From the IMG/VR virus record IMGVR_UViG_3300032218_001090, positions 1 through 32,144 of that record: a stretch of DNA of 32,144 nt, one strand, 5' to 3'. This document shows positions 1 to 7,300 of this stretch, one piece after another. The position numbers and the translations under genes were made by a program. Numbering within the stretch: position 1 is the stretch's first letter; each line of letters opens with the position of its first letter. This DNA comes from a virus (taxonomy: Duplodnaviria > Caudoviricetes). The notes below the pieces were generated by a model. That model searched no databases, was not told the DNA's origin, and was given only the letters and a program-made list of their open reading frames with translations.

Positions 1-45
1 AGTGGGGAATTGATGAATGAATCAGACATTTACGCTCACCAACCT

Positions 46-147
46 GACCTCGTCCTCGTCCCCTCTTAGAGAGGGGACAGAGGGACGAAGTCGATGCAGG
101 TTGGCGACTTCGTCCGGGACGAGGTCGGGACGAGGTGGGACGAGGTC
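46..147. repeat. Iteron-like GGGACGAGGT(C) direct and inverted repeats; candidate replication origin
   Basis: Tandem copies at 116-126, 127-136 and 137-147; inverted copies at 46-62; perfect 11-bp IR 83-93/105-115; 9-bp IR 58-66/70-78. Abuts the primase-helicase stop. Confidence 0.65.
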
Positions 148-2236
148 AAACATCTTTCGCCTCTTGCCAATGAATCGGTGAAATGACCTCGTCAGCTTCT
201 CGATATTGACGGACAGATTTGAGGTTCAGAGCGTTTCGAGAGCCGTTCTCGATGACGATGTATTTCTCATCAATGAGAGTTTGGATGGCAATTCTCACCC
301 ACTCTGCTTTTCCCTTGATCTCTTTCTCAACAGCGTTCTTTGAAAGCGGCATTGCTGACCCTTCAAGGGTGCGACTGACCTGCTCCATGAGATGAGTCGG
401 TCTTGTCTTCTCACCACTCATCTGTGGGGATTCAATCGTCATCACGACGCGACCCTCACTGCTAGACCTGAGTGAGACAGTGCCAGCAAACTTGGCTTCC
501 TTGGAGTTCTCTCGCACTGCCCCAGGTCGGTCTTTGGTCACTTTCAGTTGCAGCTCTCCATTCATTCCCTTGCCAAATGGGAGGGTGACTTCGACGGCAA
601 TGGCGCATCCGTTGATGTCTGCTCGCTTGGCTTGAGCGCCGATGGCGTAGTTCCCGCGATTGTCTTTTGACTTCGGCACATGATCGATTGTCACGACACA
701 CGCGCCTGAACTCGCCAATGGCTTAAGGAGCTGTTGACTGAAGAATGTGGCGTCTCTGTTGCTCGTCAGTTCGAGGTTGAGAAGCGTCATGGCAGCGTTG
801 ACGCCATCGACGATGATGAGTTCAGGGCTTATCTCTCGCAGAGCGTCAAGCAAGTCCATTCGCTCGTCAAGTGCGAGGTTTTGGTCAGGATTGGCATAGG
901 TGAAGTTCGTGAACTTGGCATCTTCAACGCCGAGTGCTCGAAGTCGGCTAAGGATTCCCTTGCCGGAATCTTCGAAGTCGAGATAGATAACTTTCTGTTG
1001 CATATCGAGGGATTGTTTGACTGCAAGCAGTGCCACCCAAGTCTTTCCTGACTCTGATTCGCCAAGAAGTGCGTTGATTTTGCCCCGATAGAAGAGTCTG
1101 TGGCCGTCATTTCGGCTGAGGAACTCAGGTGCTGGCTCTTCAATCTCGCCAAGTAGGTCAAGAGGCTTGGGATACCAGGTGGATCGCTCTCGCTGCTCTT
1201 CGACATGGTCTGCATCTAAATCAGGCACAACTGTCAGAGTCGGTGTTGTCATCAACTCACTCAAAGAAGGTAAGGAAGAAGATTTGCCGCCGAATCCCTT
1301 GCTTCTCAACTCTTTGGCAGCAGCTTTGAAATCGTCGTTGTGGTGTAGGTGTGCGAAGGCAGCAAATTTGGAATATGGGCGCTCTTGCTCAAATGTTGTT
1401 GAAGATGTGAAGACAAAGAGATTGTCGGCGTCATTGCGCCCTGTGGTGGCAGATATGCCGGTGTCCTTGCCTGGTCTGCGCCAATAGGTCACGCCGTTGG
1501 CTGTATAGACCTTTCGCCATCCAACGAGAATGTCTTGCCAATCGCCTCGATCATTGAAGTCATCTCCTGGCTTATTCCCTGTCGATTCAGAGTGAGGCTT
1601 GAGTGAGGCCACGATGGTTTCCTTTTCAGGCATGGAATCGATGGACTTAAAAACCGAAACGATTGCCTCACGCTCTTCCCAAGAAAGCATTGGAATGGTC
1701 GCAGGTGATCCGATGAGAAGTTGCCAAGGCTGACCTGACGGATGAACTGTGCCTGATGACGGAGCTGTGACTACGAAGCCGCCTTCGCCTCTTGATTCGG
1801 CATAGACCAAGACTGTGTTGTTCTCACCTGGTCGTCTTGCAAACTTTGTGTTGCCAGGAACAGGCTCATCTGCGATTCGCCACAGGAAGTGGATGCCACC
1901 TGAAGGAGTCTTTTCAACATAGCCAGTTGAGATGATTGCCCATAGGTCGCCAAGACCTGAGTTGATTGCAATCTCTCTGATTTCATCGAGGCAACCTTCG
2001 ACCAATGCTCTGCCTTCGAGTTCGACCATCTCAAGATTGCCACTCACCTTTCCTGTGACAATTCCCAAGCCAGTAGCGTTGCCACCAAACCAAGCCGCAA
2101 GTTGTTCATCGTCGGCCATCGTGAGCTGATATTTCTTCCAAGTACCAATCGGCGCTTTCGATCCATCCATCGCGGCAGGGACAACTGAAACTCCGGCATC
2201 TCGAAATGCCATCGCTGCTTGCATGATTTCATTCAT
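146..2236 (-). CDS. Bifunctional primase-polymerase fused to RepA/AAA_25-type helicase
   Basis: N-terminal prim-pol motifs (GLGIVTG, TPSGGIH, GGFVVTAPS); Walker A GESESGKT; Walker B LIIVDG. Confidence 0.85.
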   Translation of the reverse strand: MNEIMQAAMAFRDAGVSVVPAAMDGSKAPIGTWKKYQLTMADDEQLAAWFGGNATGLGIVTGKVSGNLEMVELEGRALVEGCLDEIREIAINSGLGDLWAIISTGYVEKTPSGGIHFLWRIADEPVPGNTKFARRPGENNTVLVYAESRGEGGFVVTAPSSGTVHPSGQPWQLLIGSPATIPMLSWEEREAIVSVFKSIDSMPEKETIVASLKPHSESTGNKPGDDFNDRGDWQDILVGWRKVYTANGVTYWRRPGKDTGISATTGRNDADNLFVFTSSTTFEQERPYSKFAAFAHLHHNDDFKAAAKELRSKGFGGKSSSLPSLSELMTTPTLTVVPDLDADHVEEQRERSTWYPKPLDLLGEIEEPAPEFLSRNDGHRLFYRGKINALLGESESGKTWVALLAVKQSLDMQQKVIYLDFEDSGKGILSRLRALGVEDAKFTNFTYANPDQNLALDERMDLLDALREISPELIIVDGVNAAMTLLNLELTSNRDATFFSQQLLKPLASSGACVVTIDHVPKSKDNRGNYAIGAQAKRADINGCAIAVEVTLPFGKGMNGELQLKVTKDRPGAVRENSKEAKFAGTVSLRSSSEGRVVMTIESPQMSGEKTRPTHLMEQVSRTLEGSAMPLSKNAVEKEIKGKAEWVRIAIQTLIDEKYIVIENGSRNALNLKSVRQYREADEVISPIHWQEAKDV

Positions 2237-2870
2237 TTGTTGCCCCCATAATTGCCTTCAGAATTTCTTCGCCTAATTCGTAGGGAACACGACTTCGCTC
2301 TTTTGCACCCTTCAAGCCTTGAGTGCCAGTTTTTGAACCTCTCGGAGCTGCTTCGTGGCATCCCTGCCCATTTTTGCAAGGTGTGCGCTCAACCCAATTT
2401 GAGACTGTTCCCCATAAATCGGTAGGTTTCATGCGAGAGTCGCCATAAGTGCAATATGTGACTGTTCGCCTTGGCAGGTTTGCAACGACTGGCAATTTAC
2501 GCAACATTCCACGAGGGTTTTCTATGAGGTATCCGTAAGTTGGATTCAATTCGAAAATTAAATCCCGAGTATGCGCAACCAATTCTTGTGACGACTTAGC
2601 TGACTCTGTTCTTGGCTCAGGATTAGCTCCCCCGTTTTTCCAATGGTGTCCCATAGAAGCCACAGAGAATGCAGTGCAAGGCGGTGATGCCCATACGAAA
2701 TCAGGCTTTCCGTACTTCGTAATCAATTCACTCGCAATCAATGACATGACATCAACAGTCTCTGTTGCCTCAAAGAACGAATCAAGTTCGAAAGATATGA
2801 TTGTGTGACCTGAATCCTTGAATGCCTGAGTCGAGCTACCAGTACCTGAGAAGAAATCAAAAATCAACAT
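2229..2870 (-). CDS. Short C5-cytosine DNA methyltransferase-like protein
   Basis: Motif I DFFSGTG, motif IV WASPPC, motif VI IENP. Confidence 0.75.
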   Translation of the reverse strand: MLIFDFFSGTGSSTQAFKDSGHTIISFELDSFFEATETVDVMSLIASELITKYGKPDFVWASPPCTAFSVASMGHHWKNGGANPEPRTESAKSSQELVAHTRDLIFELNPTYGYLIENPRGMLRKLPVVANLPRRTVTYCTYGDSRMKPTDLWGTVSNWVERTPCKNGQGCHEAAPRGSKTGTQGLKGAKERSRVPYELGEEILKAIMGATNE

Positions 2871-3334
2871 TTTTGACCCCGAATAACGACAACAGCTGAT
2901 GGAAAAGGTGCGGAATTTTTACCATCACCAAATTTCAATCTTCCTCTGACAAATCTGACTTCGTGTTGAATCACCCCATCCCACCACCAACGAGTGTCAG
3001 TCCGGCTTGGGATTAAACAAACAACAGATCCTGCGCCGCGACTAGCTTCAAAATTAGCCTTCCGAATCCATTCATTGATTGTTCTTCCATACGGAGGATT
3101 AAGCCAAATGTTGCCTTGAGCATCATCTTGCCAATTTCGGTCAAAAGCATTGCGCCAATCTTCTCGTGGATGATCAAGACCATACCAAATTGGGCATAAT
3201 GCCGAAGATTGCAAAGCTGCTGCATCTAATTTGAAATCAAACTCTGCATCCAATTTTGCAAAAAAAGATTTTGGTGTTGTCCAAGTGTCATCCAAAGATG
3301 AACGAAACGCTTCCCCTGCATAAAACCCTGTCAT
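2864..3334 (-). CDS. Phage Dam-type N6-adenine methyltransferase
   Basis: WTTP, LDAAA, catalytic NPPY, PSRTDTRW, RGRLKF, APFPS motifs. Confidence 0.85.
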   Translation of the reverse strand: MTGFYAGEAFRSSLDDTWTTPKSFFAKLDAEFDFKLDAAALQSSALCPIWYGLDHPREDWRNAFDRNWQDDAQGNIWLNPPYGRTINEWIRKANFEASRGAGSVVCLIPSRTDTRWWWDGVIQHEVRFVRGRLKFGDGKNSAPFPSAVVVIRGQKC

Positions 3335-3543
3335 TCTTGACCCGCCTTGAATAGTGACTCCTGAACAATTGCGTGATAATCACAGAGCGAAACAATCCTG
3401 ATGACTTCGCCCCTGTCGTAATAAAAACCCTTTGTGGCGACTTGAACGCAAGCCTCCATCATGTCTTCGCCATTCTGTTCAAACCATGAGCATTCGAGAG
3501 AGAATGGCATCGTCTTCTTGTAACGCAGTGGATATGAACTCAT
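3331..3543 (-). CDS. Hypothetical protein, Cys/His-containing
   Basis: ATGA overlaps with both neighbours. Confidence 0.6.
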   Translation of the reverse strand: MSSYPLRYKKTMPFSLECSWFEQNGEDMMEACVQVATKGFYYDRGEVIRIVSLCDYHAIVQESLFKAGQE

Positions 3544-3788
3544 TTGCCATGCGCAACTGCGCGTTTGCGCACTTCGATTTTGCGAACTGCGTCATTGATT
3601 GCTGCGATATATGCGTTGCGAACATCCCCTGCATCTAATTTGTGAGCATTGAGAGTTTTGCAAGCGTCAACCCAAAAAATGAGGTCTTCGTGAAGCTGCT
3701 GAACATCTTCTGTTGTCCACAGCAATGATGAGTCAGGACAGTTGCAGTTGCCTGTGTTATCGGTGCTGTCCATCTGTATTGCCATCAA
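3540..3788 (-). CDS. Hypothetical protein
   Basis: G-rich RBS (AGGGGG) upstream; stop overlaps the next start. Confidence 0.6.
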   Translation of the reverse strand: MMAIQMDSTDNTGNCNCPDSSLLWTTEDVQQLHEDLIFWVDACKTLNAHKLDAGDVRNAYIAAINDAVRKIEVRKRAVAHGK

Positions 3789-3807
3789 TCCCCCTATTGT
3801 TATTTCC

Positions 3808-3869
3808 TTGTCCGTTGTGAGGAGTTGAACCTCAATCGCTTCTCCATCGATTGCAAACCTGCCAACGGT
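3808..3869 (-). ncRNA. Minimal tRNA-like structure (~60 nt)
   Basis: Acceptor-like CCGTTG/CAACGG, canonical T-arm TGAGG-TTCAACT-CCTCA, mini D-arm GCA-GGTT-TGC, 4-bp ATCG/CGAT arm; intergenic. Confidence 0.5.
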
Positions 3870-3931
3870 TTTGCTGATGCCCCGAAATGCGTGACCCGAA
3901 AGGACTAACTCACACGCTTTTCATCAGCAAA
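3870..3931 (-). other. Long intergenic stem-loop
   Basis: 10-bp IR TTTGCTGATG/CATCAGCAAA enclosing a GCGTG/CACGC stem and a CC-TTTC-GG loop. Confidence 0.55.
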
Positions 3932-3939
3932 CTTGTTCG

Positions 3940-4383
3940 TTAGATTGCTTTCGCACCTAACTGATTAAGTAACGCCTGAACTTCGGGAGACACGCCCGAC
4001 GCCGCCTGTGCCACAACAGGTGCTGCCTTCGCAGCTCCTGCAAGTGCGGCGGTGGCAGAGTCGATGTCTGCCTGATCTGTCACAGGGTTGAGAATCCAAG
4101 GCGCTGACTTGCCTGGCTTTGCAATGCCTTGTCCCATTTTTGCCAACACGATTTTGCCGATGTTTGGCTTCAGTGCTGACTTGAGTGCGACATTGAAGAA
4201 CAAGACGCTCTCGTGGTGCTTGCCTGTTGTCACATCAATGATGTTGACCTCAATGGCGTCCGCGTCGCCGAGGGATGTGCTGATGTTTGTCTTGAACTCA
4301 ATTGGCTTGATGATGAGAAGGTGGCCATCCAAATCGGCTGGCTTAACGCTCTCAGAGCTAGATGATGGTGCTGTAAATGTCAT
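3940..4383 (-). CDS. Probable ssDNA-binding protein (actinophage type)
   Basis: beta-rich core with Ala/Pro-rich tail, in the replication module; family recalled, not searched. Confidence 0.5.
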   Translation of the reverse strand: MTFTAPSSSSESVKPADLDGHLLIIKPIEFKTNISTSLGDADAIEVNIIDVTTGKHHESVLFFNVALKSALKPNIGKIVLAKMGQGIAKPGKSAPWILNPVTDQADIDSATAALAGAAKAAPVVAQAASGVSPEVQALLNQLGAKAI

Positions 4384-5054
4384 CGTTCCCTGCTTTCTGT
4401 TTTTGGTTGGGGTGTTGCATTGTCATCGTGCGATGTCAATTCTTTTGTTGTCTCGACGAGACGCCGGACAATCCATTCCACGACAGGAACTGCAACTGCA
4501 TTTCCCATCTGCTTGTATCTGTTGGAATCGGCTTGAGGAATGACTTCTTGCTTTTTTTCATCGAAGCGTTGAGAAGTCCATCCATCAGGAAATCCTTGGA
4601 GTCGCTCGCACTCTGTTGGTGTCAAGCGACGAACTGTTGATGTTTGAGCAAGGAAAAGTTGCGCATGATGAGACTGAGGCGATGGTTGATGACCTTGAAG
4701 AGTCAAAGCTGTGTCAGTCTCGGTTGCGCTGAAGTTGTTCGCCTTAGCGTCCTCGCGAACTGAATATGCAATCGGAGTGACAACACCCATTCCACCCGAA
4801 GTGACTCCAAGGGCAGGTGAAACTGATCCTGAGATTGGTTCTTGTTTTTGATGGAAAGCAATCGGTTCTTCGTTGTCAAATATCATCGGTACATTTCCCC
4901 CGCCTGTGCCATATCGTGAAATGACAGTTGGGACAATCCCATCGTCATAAATTCGTACATCGTCAACGCGAGTTCCATCAATGATGAGAACAGTTGCTCG
5001 TGTATCTCCAACATCAAACGCATTCATCGTTGGCACTGCCCCCCCTGAATCCAT
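4380..5054 (-). CDS. C-terminal part of C5 DNA methyltransferase (variable region, motifs IX and X)
   Basis: RRLTPTECERLQGFPDGW (IX); RYKQMGNAVAVPVV (X). True start uncertain, see findings. Confidence 0.85.
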   Translation of the reverse strand: MDSGGAVPTMNAFDVGDTRATVLIIDGTRVDDVRIYDDGIVPTVISRYGTGGGNVPMIFDNEEPIAFHQKQEPISGSVSPALGVTSGGMGVVTPIAYSVREDAKANNFSATETDTALTLQGHQPSPQSHHAQLFLAQTSTVRRLTPTECERLQGFPDGWTSQRFDEKKQEVIPQADSNRYKQMGNAVAVPVVEWIVRRLVETTKELTSHDDNATPQPKTESRER

Positions 5055-5084
5055 GTTTCGTTGTCGTCAACATTCTGTGCGCGC

Positions 5085-5894
5085 TTACTTTTCGTGAACC
5101 ACAAGCTTGTTTTCGGCAACATATTGATTGCCCACTCCCTTGAAATCTCTCGCTTGTAAAGGACCGGTAATCTCATTTCTGACAACAAGATCAGTTGCGT
5201 CTTTGTAATCTCGCGCTTTTAACGCAGACGATGTCTCGTCTAATTCGTAGTCTCCGAAGCCGCGCATTCGAGCAAGGCTGTCTGAAGTCTCGGCGGCAAT
5301 GTCTTTTCTCTTCGCGTTGCTCTTCGCAAGATGCCTTGCGCGGCCTTCGCTGAGAGCGAGTATTTGCGCAGGTGTTGACCAGTCGTCTCCAAGACATCCG
5401 ACAATGAAGACTCGACGGCGTCTTTGGGGAACTCCGAAGAATTGAGCATCAAACACTCGCCACGCGACGCTATACCCGAGGTCATCCAACGCGCTGATGA
5501 CGGTTGCCATGTCTGCTCCGCTTTGCGAACTGAGTAAGCCAGGGACATTTTCGAGAATGAAAAACTTCGCTTTGGTTTCGTCAAGGAGTCGGACAATTTC
5601 GAAGAAGAGTCCAGAGCGTGAGCCGTCAAGTCCAGCTCGCTTCCCTGCAACTGACAAATCTTGGCAAGGAAATCCACCAGCAATGATTCCTTCTTTTGGG
5701 TTAAATCCTGCATTGATTAAATCCTTCCCTGTGACTGTGCAGACATCGTCAAACAACTTTGTCTGTGGAAAATTGCGCTTGAGTACGCCTCGCGCATTGG
5801 CGTCAATTTCAACTGCTGCAACAACATCAACGCCGTTGCGTTCAAATGCAAGGTCGAATCCACCGACACCTGCGAAGAGGCTGACGGCGTTCAT
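5085..5894 (-). CDS. N-terminal part of C5 DNA methyltransferase (motifs I-VIII)
   Basis: Start moved to ATG 5894 (ATGA overlap with upstream stop): SLFAGVGG, GGFPCQDLS, LENVPG, PQRRRRVF; stops before IX/X. Confidence 0.9.
   Translation of the reverse strand: MNAVSLFAGVGGFDLAFERNGVDVVAAVEIDANARGVLKRNFPQTKLFDDVCTVTGKDLINAGFNPKEGIIAGGFPCQDLSVAGKRAGLDGSRSGLFFEIVRLLDETKAKFFILENVPGLLSSQSGADMATVISALDDLGYSVAWRVFDAQFFGVPQRRRRVFIVGCLGDDWSTPAQILALSEGRARHLAKSNAKRKDIAAETSDSLARMRGFGDYELDETSSALKARDYKDATDLVVRNEITGPLQARDFKGVGNQYVAENKLVVHEK
5240..5713 (-). CDS. Nested +1-frame ORF, methyltransferase beta-subunit-like
   Basis: RWMTSGIASRGE and SSLSDVLE..YSLSAKAAQGILRRA..R.KTLP recall the alternative-frame beta polypeptide of M.EcoHK31I-type enzymes; start uncertain. 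Confidence 0.6.
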   Translation of the reverse strand: MQDLTQKKESLLVDFLAKICQLQGSELDLTAHALDSSSKLSDSLTKPKRSFSFSKMSLAYSVRKAEQTWQPSSARWMTSGIASRGECLMLNSSEFPKDAVESSLSDVLETTGQHLRKYSLSAKAAQGILRRATRREKTLPPRLQTALLECAASETTN

Positions 5895-6082
5895 CGACGA
5901 GAATCCGTTGAATAAAAGCCTGAGCCTTTGAATACTGATCCGACTGCTTGCGCAACTTCTCGGCTCATCTGTACGCAGCAATCGCCACACATAGGTGCTG
6001 AGTCGCGCTCTGCAATCTTTTTGTTGATTGCAATCGACCAACCACAGTTGGCGCATCGATAGGAATATGTCGGACTCATCAC
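5891..6082 (-). CDS. FmdB-family zinc-ribbon protein
   Basis: PTYSYRCANC...CGDC...FKGSGFYSTD. Confidence 0.85.
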   Translation of the reverse strand: MMSPTYSYRCANCGWSIAINKKIAERDSAPMCGDCCVQMSREVAQAVGSVFKGSGFYSTDSRR

Positions 6083-6243
6083 AGCTCCTTCGAATACATC
6101 GACTCAAGCATCAGCGTTTCCACGCGAGCTTCCATCTGTCGATTGCGCATGATCATAAATTTGAGAGTTGTCTGTATCCCGGCAAGGAGTAAGAAATTGA
6201 GAGCAAAGAAGCCAAGGAATACAACGATGTAGATTGCATTCAT
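6079..6243 (-). CDS. Small membrane protein
   Basis: Start moved to ATG 6243 (ATGA overlap); N-terminal hydrophobic helix. Confidence 0.6.
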   Translation of the reverse strand: MNAIYIVVFLGFFALNFLLLAGIQTTLKFMIMRNRQMEARVETLMLESMYSKEL

Positions 6244-6977
6244 CCCATGACCTCCCCTGGACATCCATTGACAAGATTGCGAGATTTCGGCAAGAGCCAA
6301 GGGCAATAGGTGCACAAGTAGGAGATAGTCATCGGCAAGAGATTCCATGTGCGGGGATTGTTCTCAGGGTCTAATTGCCACACGAGAGCCTGAAGATTGT
6401 TGTATCGCTCAATCGCATCAGTTGCAATCTTGCGGTTGTAAGGCTCAACGATTGTGTGCAGACCATCGAGGCGACCACCTAGCGGGTAGAAAGCCAGTGC
6501 AACCTTTTCAACCTTATGACCTGCGTTCTCAAAGCCAAGGCCGTAGAGGTTAATCTGAACGCGTTGCTGGTCGGTCATGCCTTTTTTCTTGGCATTGCTC
6601 ATTGATGTTGCACCAACACATTTGTGATCGATGACCATGCCTTGTGCAATATCAAAGAGGTCAGAAGTTCCTTCAAGACCTTCGGCAGCTTTGACAGGTG
6701 TTTCAACGAGATAGTTCTCATCCCCTGCAAATTGCTCGGCAAGCCAAGCGTGGATTGCAGTGCCTTGAATAGAAGGCCAAGGATCAGATGAGCGATTGGT
6801 CTTGTCGAAGTCAAGCAACTTGTATGCAAGTTTTCGAAGACAAGGTTCGCCCACTTCGCTGAGTCCAACGGCGCTTTGGCGAGAACGCGGAGCGTTCATC
6901 GCCGCCTTGCCGATGACTGCGCGTAGTTCATCGGCAAGGCTTTGGTGAACATCCCCTGGTGTGACAAATTCGGTCAT
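6240..6977 (-). CDS. Cas4-like PD-(D/E)xK exonuclease
   Basis: GLSEVGEPC, GTAIH, GTSDL..IDHK, QINLYG, CTYCPW...C Fe-S pattern. Confidence 0.8.
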   Translation of the reverse strand: MTEFVTPGDVHQSLADELRAVIGKAAMNAPRSRQSAVGLSEVGEPCLRKLAYKLLDFDKTNRSSDPWPSIQGTAIHAWLAEQFAGDENYLVETPVKAAEGLEGTSDLFDIAQGMVIDHKCVGATSMSNAKKKGMTDQQRVQINLYGLGFENAGHKVEKVALAFYPLGGRLDGLHTIVEPYNRKIATDAIERYNNLQALVWQLDPENNPRTWNLLPMTISYLCTYCPWLLPKSRNLVNGCPGEVMG

Positions 6978-7291
6978 TCGTCACCTTCGACTATTGAGAA
7001 GCGTCGAGTGACCGATGTAATTTCAACAAGGTCAAGAACTTGTGGTGGCAGAAGAGCGCGAAGTTTCGTTACATCGATTCTTTTTGATTCAACCGTTGAC
7101 CATCGGATTGCTTCCCGACCATTGACAAGTCCGATTTCACAATCGCCAAGAGCTGCTTTGACCTGCTCTTGAGCGCGGTCTGCTTTCTCGGCGTACTCCT
7201 TCATCTTTGCTTTTGCCTCGATGTATGCCTCAAGCCACGCTGCTGCTGTGGTGTCAAGGTCACACATCTCCTTGTTAATTTGTACTGACAT
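6974..7291 (-). CDS. Hypothetical coiled-coil protein coupled to the nuclease
   Basis: RBS AGGGGA; ATGA overlap with the nuclease. Confidence 0.65.
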   Translation of the reverse strand: MSVQINKEMCDLDTTAAAWLEAYIEAKAKMKEYAEKADRAQEQVKAALGDCEIGLVNGREAIRWSTVESKRIDVTKLRALLPPQVLDLVEITSVTRRFSIVEGDE

Positions 7292-7300
7292 GGATTCCCC

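Noticed and set aside
46-147. CRISPR array
   Set aside because: Repeats are 10-11 bp, adjacent, and have no spacers.
3808-3869. Canonical tRNA gene
   Set aside because: Too short; no 5-bp/7-nt anticodon arm and only a 6-bp acceptor. Kept as tRNA-like only.
3870-3931. Hammerhead ribozyme (minus-strand CTGATGA)
   Set aside because: No GAAA core after a stem II, and CTGATG is itself paired in the closing stem.
5895-6107. 71-aa N-terminal extension of the methyltransferase
   Set aside because: Overlaps the FmdB gene; motif I starts right after the ATGA-coupled ATG at 5894.
6240-6977. CRISPR-Cas system from the Cas4-like gene
   Set aside because: No cas1/cas2 or array; solo Cas4-like nucleases are common phage recombination genes.
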